Both the position numbers and the translations under genes were made by a program. Below the pieces are notes generated by a model, which saw nothing but the letters and a program-made list of their open reading frames with translations, had not been told where the DNA came from and did not search any database. DNA of 64,000 nt from a virus. The stretch covers positions 108,228-172,227 of the IMG/VR virus record IMGVR_UViG_3300035099_000047; one strand, written 5' to 3'. Of the stretch, positions 28,101 through 37,306 are shown one piece after another (position 1 is the first letter of the stretch; every line of letters begins with the position of its first letter).

Positions 28101-28782
28101 TCCTAAACCCTTGACCTCTCAAGTGCTGCATAGCCCGTGTATAGATCTGGTGGACCCGTTGACTACTCACCCCCATACTCTCACCAATGTCTTGATACGT
28201 CTCCCCGTTTAGATGATGCTCTATGACCTCCCATTCCCGCTTGGTGAGCATTACACTACGCCTTTTGATTGCCTGAAGCTCGTCTGAAACCTCTAGTAAA
28301 TCATGTTCACTTTCACTAGAAGGGTTCACCAAATCATCCAAGCTGCCTACTTGCAAAGCAGCGGATACATAACGAGCACGACCATTAGCCTTGCCCTGGA
28401 TATACTGGCACATGGTACCACGAGGTACCCGAATCAAATGATCGTTACTCAAAAAGTTCAGCACACAGCGATCAATCCAATAACTAACATAGGTGATGAA
28501 TTTGCACCCTTTCGATGAATCGTACTTTTTAACCGCAGTGCAGAACCCGAAAAAGCTCTCATTTATACATTCAGCCAACTTGCCATCCCCCGGGCGCAAT
28601 AACCGGCGGCAACATCGGACCACCCAAGGCAAATGATTCAAGAACAATGCATTCATGGCCTCTGTAGAACCCTGTTGGGCCAACCAAATGTGCTCCGCTT
28701 CCTCCCCGGAATTCATACGGGGTCGCCTACCCAAGTCGGACAGCATCTGAGATACCAAATCCAAACCACTTCGCCGTACCAT
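28078..28782 (-). CDS. Sigma-70 family RNA polymerase sigma factor
   Basis: Region 2 AVKKYDSSKGCKFITYVSYWI; region 4 LTKRE...TYQDIGESMGVSSQRVHQI. Confidence 0.9.
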   Translation of the reverse strand: MVRRSGLDLVSQMLSDLGRRPRMNSGEEAEHIWLAQQGSTEAMNALFLNHLPWVVRCCRRLLRPGDGKLAECINESFFGFCTAVKKYDSSKGCKFITYVSYWIDRCVLNFLSNDHLIRVPRGTMCQYIQGKANGRARYVSAALQVGSLDDLVNPSSESEHDLLEVSDELQAIKRRSVMLTKREWEVIEHHLNGETYQDIGESMGVSSQRVHQIYTRAMQHLRGQGFRNAQSRIQ

Positions 28783-28836
28783 GACGTTTAATCCACCTAG
28801 TTTGTTGTCTAGCCAACGGGGAGGGGACAATTGGAC

Positions 28837-29514
28837 TTATCCCCCTATAGGCCACTCGAACATTATTCTACCAATGTCAACAGTTTGAGGAACAGTCCAG
28901 CCGTTCAATACGAACTTCAAATGCATGTGATACACAACATTCGGGTTCGACACTTTTTGCTTAGATACCCCATCGGAATCCAACACACAATGAGCCGTTA
29001 GGTTAGGGCATTGACCTACTATGTCATAATTCTGAATGAACCTCATACCCGGACGGAACAATCGAGGATGGGGGTCCATCAATTTCAATACGGGGTGTAA
29101 AGGCACCACCGCATAAGACGATGGACTGACCATAGGATAACAAGCCAACCAAACCAGGTCATCATGACATTTCAACAATTCTTGAGTGTCTTCCGAATAC
29201 AACTCGTCAGCGTCGCATTGTAACAACCATTCTGGGTGATATTGTTCTGCCAAATGAATGCAACAGTTGCGGGCTGCTATTTCGTTGAAACCCCCGATTT
29301 GAGGGGGATGATCAAAATCCCAACCAAAATCCCCCCAGTATTCTATAACCTTGTCCGAATCAACACTTAACTTAGGATCCTGCTTTTCGGTATGCAACAC
29401 TACAATATGGTCTACCCAATCATACCTAGACATAAACCTCATTGAGTAGTTTGTTATCTGGGTATCACGAGCGGTGACGCACCACACTACCAACTTGGTC
29501 ATACCGGTAGCCAA
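28837..29514 (-). CDS. Glycosyltransferase, GT2-like
   Basis: NEIAARN, WLLQCDADE, PRLFR. Confidence 0.65.
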   Translation of the reverse strand: MATGMTKLVVWCVTARDTQITNYSMRFMSRYDWVDHIVVLHTEKQDPKLSVDSDKVIEYWGDFGWDFDHPPQIGGFNEIAARNCCIHLAEQYHPEWLLQCDADELYSEDTQELLKCHDDLVWLACYPMVSPSSYAVVPLHPVLKLMDPHPRLFRPGMRFIQNYDIVGQCPNLTAHCVLDSDGVSKQKVSNPNVVYHMHLKFVLNGWTVPQTVDIGRIMFEWPIGG

Positions 29515-30205
29515 ACCTTTTCCTGAGAGTCATCAAATCATTCAAGGTTCGGGCCCTTTGACTAACCACTACAGGATCCAACTCCCAACCCCCAATCTTA
29601 GAGGAACAGCGGCCACACCAATTGCCGCTAATGGATCCCAAGTGAAGCACTTCAAAGGGCAACCTAATCTTGTGATCCGCAGGCCATTTGTTTTGAAATT
29701 CCGTATCACATCCACTGGCATTATTCCAACCCGTTGGGTACCAAGGTCTTTGTTTCAACACCGGGTCATCTGTGTGAAACAATTGAAAATACCCAGCGAA
29801 CTCACAATCCCCAATCATGGGATACCGAGTCCAATCATCCTTGATGGTCCAAACTCGCGGGTCCTTTACCAGTCTCCTGTGGGGGGAATACAAATAGCCA
29901 GGCTCGACTTCTAGTTTCATTTCTTTAGGCATGAGAATATCTGCATCCCACAACAAAATCCATCCGCAATTGCCCAGTACCCTAAGAGCGAGTTCAATGG
30001 CTGCTCCCTTGTTAAAATAAGCCCCATTGCGATAGAATGCATCTGTTGTAAAAAGTCGGGCGTTGTCATACCGCTCGGCCACGGCTCTAGTACCCACATC
30101 CCCAGGAGAACTCACCACCAAAACTTGCTCAAAATGATGATGATTGTACCATAAGGTCAAGGCTAACAAATCCTCAAACTCTACGCTCACCACAACACCA
30201 TTCAC
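29465..30205 (-). CDS. Glycosyltransferase, GT-A-like
   Basis: FNKGAAI, WILLWDADI, GYFQLF. Confidence 0.65.
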   Translation of the reverse strand: MNGVVVSVEFEDLLALTLWYNHHHFEQVLVVSSPGDVGTRAVAERYDNARLFTTDAFYRNGAYFNKGAAIELALRVLGNCGWILLWDADILMPKEMKLEVEPGYLYSPHRRLVKDPRVWTIKDDWTRYPMIGDCEFAGYFQLFHTDDPVLKQRPWYPTGWNNASGCDTEFQNKWPADHKIRLPFEVLHLGSISGNWCGRCSSKIGGWELDPVVVSQRARTLNDLMTLRKRFGYRYDQVGSVVRHRS

Positions 30206-30208
30206 TGT

Positions 30209-31015
30209 CTAGCTCCTTCCAAACAGCTGCTGATGCAACACTTTGGCTAAAGCCGTTTTTTCTCCCGGAGAACGGTTGTAATTACCTTCATTCATATCAA
30301 TGCCTACATAATGTTCGTATTCCAACCCCGGAACGATACTTAGGTAGTTACCAGCTTTGAGCCACTCCATATTAAATATGAGGCTATCACAAGCATCCCA
30401 CACCATACGCCACTTATGAGTAACCCGTTGTGCTTCCGGAGTGTTAAGATAATTGGGCATCATAAGGTCAAATCTCTTTGCTCGGTATTTACCAAACACT
30501 CGCATAAATGATTCACGACTAACTACTTGGTTGCCCGTGTTAATAAAACACCGAGAAGCAGGATGGGTACGAATTCGTTTGATGGATCCCCAATCGTATG
30601 TACCCACAATGCCTCGGTAATCAAAATGGGGCTTAGCGAAACAAGGACAATACCATATCTTAGGATCCTTATGAATTCCCACCACACGATCTATGTACTC
30701 TCTACTCATGAAGTTATCAGAATCACAAGTAATGACCCATTCCCCCCTAGCCCTGGCTATGGCCTCCAACTTGTTGCCAAATACCCCGCGATTGGTTTCG
30801 TTGCGGTACAACCGGATCTTGGGCAAACGGTCCAACTGAAGACCCATAGCTATGAACAATCTTGGGGCACTACAATCATCCACTACAACAATCTCACTGA
30901 TTGCTGAATGGCTCACTGGAGTGCTCAAACATTTCATCAATCGTTCTCCGTAGCCTCGCCTCGGACTCATGTCCTCGAAAGTTGTCACGGCAAACGAAAG
31001 GTCCATCAATTTCAC
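30209..31015 (-). CDS. Glycosyltransferase family 2
   Basis: EIVVVDDCS, CDSDN. Confidence 0.8.
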   Translation of the reverse strand: MKLMDLSFAVTTFEDMSPRRGYGERLMKCLSTPVSHSAISEIVVVDDCSAPRLFIAMGLQLDRLPKIRLYRNETNRGVFGNKLEAIARARGEWVITCDSDNFMSREYIDRVVGIHKDPKIWYCPCFAKPHFDYRGIVGTYDWGSIKRIRTHPASRCFINTGNQVVSRESFMRVFGKYRAKRFDLMMPNYLNTPEAQRVTHKWRMVWDACDSLIFNMEWLKAGNYLSIVPGLEYEHYVGIDMNEGNYNRSPGEKTALAKVLHQQLFGRS

Positions 31016-31069
31016 TTACCCACTTTTGAATAGATGTTTCACAATTTAACATTACTCTAATAGAAGTCA

Positions 31070-31716
31070 TTACCACCTCCAAAAAGGCCAACCTTCTCGA
31101 CCCACGTAAGGAACCTGCCTTTTCCTCAAAAATATAATACCATCACTCCAGTTTCCCCCCACCAAATGCACTTCCTGAATAGAATCCCCCCTACCAATAT
31201 GTCTGTAGTACGCTCGCGAATTACATCCAACACAGTCTTCTCACCCTTGGCAGTCCAGCACTGATCAAACAACGATTGACAGTCTTCAATAACGTACCAC
31301 AACTTAGTGTGTTGCCACAGTATATTAAATGTGGCTAAATGATCTGCTGCATGATGGCTACCATCATCTATAACTATATCAAAACAACCTACTTGTTCAA
31401 CTATTTTGGACAACAACGCTCCGTCGCTTTGATCTCCACAAAAAGTCTTGATGCGATTTTCCTCAAACATAGTAGAAGGATTGATATCCAAACCATAAAT
31501 TTCACCATCATGAAAATAATCCCTCCACATACGCAACGAAGCTCCATCCATTACCCCTATTTCAAACAATCGAATGAACGTACCCCTCAGTGCATCAAAA
31601 CGTTCTGCATAACGTGGCAAATATCCATGTTCTAACTTATCCGCTCCATACCTACGGCCCAAGCTTTCCAACAGAGATTCTGCAATTGGCTGGATCATGA
31701 ATTGTCCATATACCAT
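31070..31716 (-). CDS. Class I SAM-dependent (sugar O-)methyltransferase; probable frameshift in a G6 run near the C-terminus
   Basis: FEIGVMDGASLRMW, GLDI, IDDGSH, YVIED. The in-frame stop is at 31126; the shifted frame continues GDSIQEVHLVGGNWSDGIIFLRKR to a stop at 31070. Confidence 0.75.
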
Positions 31717-32612
31717 TGAATGGTACGTTTCAATCCGTCCCGAAGCGGAGTAACTGACACTTCGTTTCCCACCCAGGCCAGCAGTTTATCCAAACACAAC
31801 ACCTGTTCCGGTATCTCCTTGAACGTGGCCGGGCGGGCAACCACTTCCCATTCACTACTTTTGCCCATCAATTCACAAATTACTCCAATCAACTGACCCA
31901 CCCGCATGGATTCCCCCGAGCCAATATTGAAACTTTCTCCCCAAGGTTGCTTGGCCATCAAGGCAATAACATAATTCACCGCGTCAACCACATAGATGTA
32001 CTCTCTCAAAAACAGCTCAGCACCACACACAATCTGAGGTTTCTCCCCCCGATTCAAACGAGTAATGGTATTGGGTATCAGTCGGCTAAATTGCCTATCT
32101 CCTGGCCCATAAATGTTGGCTGAGCGAACACCAAACACAGGCACTCCATAGTTTTGGTAAAACCCCTGAATCACTTGACGCACACACGCTTTGCTAGCTT
32201 CATACACACTACCCGGTGACAATGTCTGGGTTTCCGTGTAGGGTAGTACCCCCGCTCCATAAGCCTTGTCACTCTCCATGCACATCACGCCTTTCACCCG
32301 TTCTGATTGACGTGTAGCTTCCAACACACAAACCGTGCCCATCACATTAGTATTAAAACACCCAATGGGGTCCACCCGGCAATTACGCACAATGGCCTTG
32401 GCAGCACAATGGTATACTTGGTCGATTTCCAAGTCCACTATTAAGGCGAACATGCGGGCATAGTCCGTAACATCCCCCCGTACCGGAGTCCAATCCACGT
32501 TGCCCATCAACCGCCGATCATGAACCAACCCATACACAGAATTGCCGTGGGTTAAACGGTCTGCCAAGTGGGACCCCAAAAATCCACTAGCCCCTGTCAC
32601 CAAAATGTTCAT
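31695..32612 (-). CDS. NAD-dependent sugar epimerase/dehydratase
   Basis: ILVTGASGFLGSH, SDKAYG, YEASK, RSANIYGPGD. Confidence 0.9.
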   Translation of the reverse strand: MNILVTGASGFLGSHLADRLTHGNSVYGLVHDRRLMGNVDWTPVRGDVTDYARMFALIVDLEIDQVYHCAAKAIVRNCRVDPIGCFNTNVMGTVCVLEATRQSERVKGVMCMESDKAYGAGVLPYTETQTLSPGSVYEASKACVRQVIQGFYQNYGVPVFGVRSANIYGPGDRQFSRLIPNTITRLNRGEKPQIVCGAELFLREYIYVVDAVNYVIALMAKQPWGESFNIGSGESMRVGQLIGVICELMGKSSEWEVVARPATFKEIPEQVLCLDKLLAWVGNEVSVTPLRDGLKRTIQWYMDNS

Positions 32613-33379
32613 AATCGGCCTTCAGCCCAATTGTACTTATCATAATCAAAATCTTCCAATCTACGGCACCAAACATAAGGTCCCAAGCTCTTCAAGAAAT
32701 GGCTGAACACAGTAATCTGACGTTTACCATGCTCCCCCACAGCAATGTCACTAGGGCCATCAATCTGAAACACCATACCCGGCGTGAAACTAAAACATTG
32801 CAAAGAAGGCTGATACTGTATCATTATGTGATCACTACCACGGGCTTCAGCCATGTGGTCCCTGAGTATGTTCACAATTTTGGGGGCGCTGTCGCTGTTA
32901 ACCAAGTAGCCTTGATTGCTAAACGCTCCATACACCCGATGGATGTACTTGATACCAGTCAACTCAAAATCCTTACCCAAATCATCCTTGTGCCAAACGG
33001 GGGGATTGACGTGATAAGTAGCCCCCAAATAGAACACATCCCATTCACGATCAAAACGCTGTTGAATGTACTGTAACCGCTGCCAAAAGTCATCACACAA
33101 CAAAGCATCATCTTCTAGCACCCCAATGACCTTGCCACCCACAGCCTTGCTCACTACTTCCATGTGACTCATATAGTTGCCTATAGTACCAGGCGTATGC
33201 ATCATATTAGCTATTAGTTCTTTGGGACCCTTGTAATCAACAAACGTATAAGCGTTGAACCGTTGAGCTGTAATGCCTGCTTTGCCCAGCTCTGCTCGAA
33301 TATGATCCAGGCGGTCTTTGCGATCAGCCCTGTTAATGAACCACCACTCGATGTCTCGCCAACGCAATCCCTTCATCAT
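32609..33379 (-). CDS. Glycosyltransferase family 25
   Basis: INRADRKDR, GNYMSH, VLEDD, YLVN. Confidence 0.8.
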   Translation of the reverse strand: MMKGLRWRDIEWWFINRADRKDRLDHIRAELGKAGITAQRFNAYTFVDYKGPKELIANMMHTPGTIGNYMSHMEVVSKAVGGKVIGVLEDDALLCDDFWQRLQYIQQRFDREWDVFYLGATYHVNPPVWHKDDLGKDFELTGIKYIHRVYGAFSNQGYLVNSDSAPKIVNILRDHMAEARGSDHIMIQYQPSLQCFSFTPGMVFQIDGPSDIAVGEHGKRQITVFSHFLKSLGPYVWCRRLEDFDYDKYNWAEGRL

Positions 33380-34044
33380 TACCCCGTTCGTTGGAACAAT
33401 GCGTTCATTCCACCATAGGTAGCTACCAACTGAAATCCAGGCAATGCTTCTTTGATCTGTTCCAAACTGGGTTGACCTTCGTACTGAGGCTCATTGTAGT
33501 ATTCAGTATACAAGTACCTGGTGATACCCAACGCTTCAGAAGCCCCCTTGATGAATTTCATTTCGGCACCTTGAAGGTCAGCCCAAATGAAATCAATGCG
33601 ATCTCCCACCAAGCCATGTATACGGGCACCTTTCAACCAAGTATCTAAACGCACTGCTGACACCTGCATTCCACCAGCAAAGGTGATCTCTGGTGATCTT
33701 TTCAAATGACCGGTGGGTCGGCATATGCTACCACTTTTGTTCCATTCTCCTGGCCCACTGCAATCTGGTATTCCTCCACTGCTCCACCAATTCGCCCAAC
33801 CATCCTTGTCCGATATGGCATCTCCAAACAATCGGACTTGAGGGCTGTTAACCCGTTCCTTGAACAACAATTGAGCTCTGGCATCGGGTTCAAAACAAAA
33901 CAATTGAACATTGGGGATAGCCGCTAGAAATTTGAGAGTGTCCGAGCCGTCATTGCATCCCAACTCCAACATGACGGGGCATTCCACTCCAGATAGCAAA
34001 TCCATGATTTCTTCAGCACCCAACTCATGGGGGTAAACCTTCAT
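33379..34044 (-). CDS. FkbM family methyltransferase
   Basis: LELGCNDG, FEPD, IDFIWADLQGAE. Confidence 0.85.
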   Translation of the reverse strand: MKVYPHELGAEEIMDLLSGVECPVMLELGCNDGSDTLKFLAAIPNVQLFCFEPDARAQLLFKERVNSPQVRLFGDAISDKDGWANWWSSGGIPDCSGPGEWNKSGSICRPTGHLKRSPEITFAGGMQVSAVRLDTWLKGARIHGLVGDRIDFIWADLQGAEMKFIKGASEALGITRYLYTEYYNEPQYEGQPSLEQIKEALPGFQLVATYGGMNALFQRTG

Positions 34045-34691
34045 GCTCGACTGCCCCCTTCATGCTCCAAATCCCAGAACTGATTACAAGTTAGATTCCT
34101 AACAGGGCTGTTTACCACTCGGCAACAAAAATCATCAAATTGCCGCCAAATCCCTTGTTCTTCCAATTCACTGCTGTGACCCCAAACATGAAACAGCCGA
34201 TGCTTGGGATATCTCAGGAATTCCTCGAATCGGGAATTCCCAAATTGAACATGACAAGTAGGCCTCCACAAATGCCAATCCCTGACGCTGTTATAATTCC
34301 CATTGTTTGTACTAGTACCTCGGGCATAGGCGAACTCCGATTTCACTACCAACAGCATAACAGCATCCCATTCACCGTGGGGGTAGCTAAATCCCCTCAC
34401 ACTTTTACCACATAACTTTTCCAACACCATCCGGTCATTGACCACTTCCCACCTAATTTCCTCTGCATTCCATCCCTTCATATGATAGTGATGGGTCGAA
34501 TGAGAAGCCACCTCATGTTGATCATATAGTTCAGCTATCTCGTTTGGATCAACGTGAGTCCCTCCACCTAAGACACCACTATTAAGAAAGAACGTGGCCC
34601 TCAATCCGTAGAAGTCCAGAATCTTCACCAGCTTACGATCGTAAACTGTACCATCATCGAAACTCATCACCACAATCTTCCCCGACCCCAT
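34041..34691 (-). CDS. Polysaccharide deacetylase (CE4/NodB)
   Basis: SFDDG, ATFF, HEVASHSTHH, FSYPHG, HVWGHS. Confidence 0.9.
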   Translation of the reverse strand: MGSGKIVVMSFDDGTVYDRKLVKILDFYGLRATFFLNSGVLGGGTHVDPNEIAELYDQHEVASHSTHHYHMKGWNAEEIRWEVVNDRMVLEKLCGKSVRGFSYPHGEWDAVMLLVVKSEFAYARGTSTNNGNYNSVRDWHLWRPTCHVQFGNSRFEEFLRYPKHRLFHVWGHSSELEEQGIWRQFDDFCCRVVNSPVRNLTCNQFWDLEHEGGSRA

Positions 34692-34695
34692 AATC

Positions 34696-35619
34696 CTACC
34701 ACCAAGGATTGGTGTGGCATTTTATACCAGCCACATCCGGGTAATCTTCCACAAGAAAATGAGTGATTGGTGTCGTATCCCAAACATCTTCTTGAATGAA
34801 ACTTTGAGTAGGCAAGTGGCTGCGCCAGAACTCCTTAAGATTGGGGTTCATCATAGCGGCTGTGAAACTGAACGTGCTCGTGGGAGTGACCAATACATCG
34901 CACTTGCTCAACAAATACCAGTCTGGGAAGAAGTCCATTTGGTGGGGCTCCCCCCGACGATAGTCATAATTCAAATAGGCATAACCCTTCAATGGACGGG
35001 ACTTCAAATCAACGCCTAAAAACTCTGGTGTAGTAGGATGATACCTCCGAAACTCCCAAAACAGCCGTCGATCCTCTGCGGCTATAAACAACACAGGGTC
35101 CTCAAACCTATTCCAATGTTGTTCCAACCAACCTAAATACCAACTGATCGGTGTAATATAGAACATACCACGGCCAAAGTCTCCACGGCGTATATGCAAC
35201 CCTATGTGAATCCTACCTGACTCGGTAAGACCTTGCTCAGCATTGTTCAATCGCTCAGCCACCGGGGCCACTGGATGGAACAGCTGGCGGATATAGGCTT
35301 GATGAGGCCGGTAGTAGCTGGTGCGATACTGAGCATAACCCAAGAAGTCCTTGCCACACAACTCCGAACCGGTCGGGGGTATCGCTGGAGAAGTCAACCG
35401 ACCGCGTTCATACTTCTCAACATACGGAGGCAAGGCTCGACCGTGAGGAGGACGCTCCCGGGTACCAAACAATTTGCAGCCTACCCAGTAGGGCAGCCTC
35501 AATTCCTGATCATATTCACGGGCGTAAATACGCAAAAAAGCGTACTCAATCAACTGATTGCCAAATCGTCCCCATTGGCCAAGTTGGGTCATAGAAATCA
35601 CTGCCAATCTCCAACCCAA
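34696..35619 (-). CDS. GT11 (alpha-1,2-fucosyltransferase-like) glycosyltransferase
   Basis: GRFGNQL, GLHIRRGD, STFSF. Confidence 0.75.
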   Translation of the reverse strand: MGWRLAVISMTQLGQWGRFGNQLIEYAFLRIYAREYDQELRLPYWVGCKLFGTRERPPHGRALPPYVEKYERGRLTSPAIPPTGSELCGKDFLGYAQYRTSYYRPHQAYIRQLFHPVAPVAERLNNAEQGLTESGRIHIGLHIRRGDFGRGMFYITPISWYLGWLEQHWNRFEDPVLFIAAEDRRLFWEFRRYHPTTPEFLGVDLKSRPLKGYAYLNYDYRRGEPHQMDFFPDWYLLSKCDVLVTPTSTFSFTAAMMNPNLKEFWRSHLPTQSFIQEDVWDTTPITHFLVEDYPDVAGIKCHTNPWW

Positions 35620-35628
35620 CCCCGCACA

Positions 35629-36201
35629 TCAGTCAGGCATGGCCTTGAACAACCCATAGAACTTGTTGATCTGTTCTTGGGTCAAGCGGCCCATCCCACG
35701 GCACAAATCTTCCCATTCAGGGGAGCCTGCTGCGTCGAGGGAATCCTCTAGTTGTTTGAACGCTTCAGAGAACTGCTGGCGGTTAGCCTCATTGGCGTAC
35801 TTGCGCACCACGGTGCTAATCATCAAAGGGATGCTAGCAGCTGAGGTGCTGCAATCCTCCCGTTGAGTCTTGTGATCCTCAGCAATATACCGGCCGGTGG
35901 TGTCCCAGTAAACTACTCGCCTCACACCTGACAACCCGAGCAACCGCTCAGTCAGTTTACTGTTCACCACCGGCCTAGACCCCGACGCTACGATACCGTT
36001 GTGCACTATACCCCACCCTTCAGCTAGATTGATGCGCAATTCCAAACCGCCCTGGTAAGGGCTAACCACTACGCAGTCAGCTTGGATCCCACATTCCCCT
36101 AAAATGCGGTGAGCTTCGGGTACCAATCTAACGGACGAATCGCCCAGGGTTTCTTCGGCCTTGCCAAACATTTCTGACAGTTGGTATTGGAGAGATTTCA
36201 T
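35629..36201 (-). CDS. Hypothetical protein
   Basis: 190-aa ORF. Confidence 0.55.
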   Translation of the reverse strand: MKSLQYQLSEMFGKAEETLGDSSVRLVPEAHRILGECGIQADCVVVSPYQGGLELRINLAEGWGIVHNGIVASGSRPVVNSKLTERLLGLSGVRRVVYWDTTGRYIAEDHKTQREDCSTSAASIPLMISTVVRKYANEANRQQFSEAFKQLEDSLDAAGSPEWEDLCRGMGRLTQEQINKFYGLFKAMPD

Positions 36202-36216
36202 TTTGTTGGTTTCCTA

Positions 36217-36684
36217 TCAAGATTGATCCTTGTGAGATAACTGATGCTCTACATTAAGATGTGCCCGTTCAGCATCTTGATGTGCCCGTTCAGCTTCCTT
36301 CGCGGCAGTTGCCTCCATGAAGGTTTGAGACTTAGCACAGTGGGCTACTGTTTCTCTGAGCACAGTTTGTAGGTTCTCATGGTCTTCATGTCGAACCTGT
36401 TCCCATCCATCCCATCGGTCGGTAATCCGATCCAAAAGTTTTTCAAAGCTCGTCTGTTGTCTTTCCAAAAATTTACCGAACGCAACTTGCTGTTCTTGGT
36501 TTTGTCGCCGCATAGCCGGAATTTCAACACGAAGCAGCCAGGCGAACGCAGCAATCAAAGCCCCCAATGCTGAAAGTTCCGACACCACCTTTACCCAAGA
36601 CCAGGCAGATAACTCGCTAGCTAAATTATCGGACACTGCAAGCAGACCAAAACCAACCAGGAACAAGACTACAGTTCGCATCAT
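36217..36684 (-). CDS. Membrane protein, holin-like
   Basis: Two N-terminal hydrophobic segments followed by a coiled coil; GGAGG RBS. Confidence 0.45.
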   Translation of the reverse strand: MMRTVVLFLVGFGLLAVSDNLASELSAWSWVKVVSELSALGALIAAFAWLLRVEIPAMRRQNQEQQVAFGKFLERQQTSFEKLLDRITDRWDGWEQVRHEDHENLQTVLRETVAHCAKSQTFMEATAAKEAERAHQDAERAHLNVEHQLSHKDQS

Positions 36685-36779
36685 TTTGCCTCCATAAAGT
36701 TGAAAATCCGGGGCGAGTCCGGCAGATGGCCTCGTGAATAACAGGCATCTTCACTTTGGGGGATTGCTGATTTCTGCTT

Positions 36780-37247
36780 TCATCTCTTTCTATGATTACC
36801 TATCCATGCTCTCAACCGTTTTTCATCCATTCCTCCCACCTCACGACCAATAAGCCTATCACCCCGAAGCAACAGCAAAGTGGGATACGCTCGCACCTCA
36901 TAATAGTTCACCCAAGGCTGGTTGGCCTGAGACTCTGCATCTATCCACCAAGCTTCCCAACCAAGCCGGTTGCGCTTTGGAGCTATCCGCTCCACAACTG
37001 TCCACAGTGCATGGCACGGCCCACACCATTCAGCCCCTACAATGTAGAGAACAAAGGGAGCTTCAGATTTGGAGCCCTTATTCGGGGAAGGAACCCCAGA
37101 AACAGGAACAGACGGGGCACAAACCTTGCAAGGGCCCAACCTGTCTCACGGCATGCCAAACACCGGGCCTGGCCAAAACACACAAAGTACAAATATGCAC
37201 ATCAGTATGCACAACAACAGAAACAAATTGAGCTTGTGTTTACACAT
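36780..37247 (-). CDS. Secreted/membrane-anchored thioredoxin-like protein interrupted by an in-frame TGA (37146-37148)
   Basis: MCKHKLNLFLLLCILMCIFVLCVFWPGPVFGMP*DRLGPCKVC...AEWCGPC...AYPT; AAAGGAG RBS before the signal peptide. Confidence 0.65.
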
Positions 37248-37306
37248 AATCACCAATCTCCTTTCATCCCTAAAAGGTTTAATGCACAAATCGAGGGTAT
37301 TCGCTA

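Noticed and set aside
30894-31091. 65-aa minus-strand ORF
   Set aside because: It overlaps the GT2 gene heavily and has no motif; the gap is better explained by the methyltransferase frameshift.
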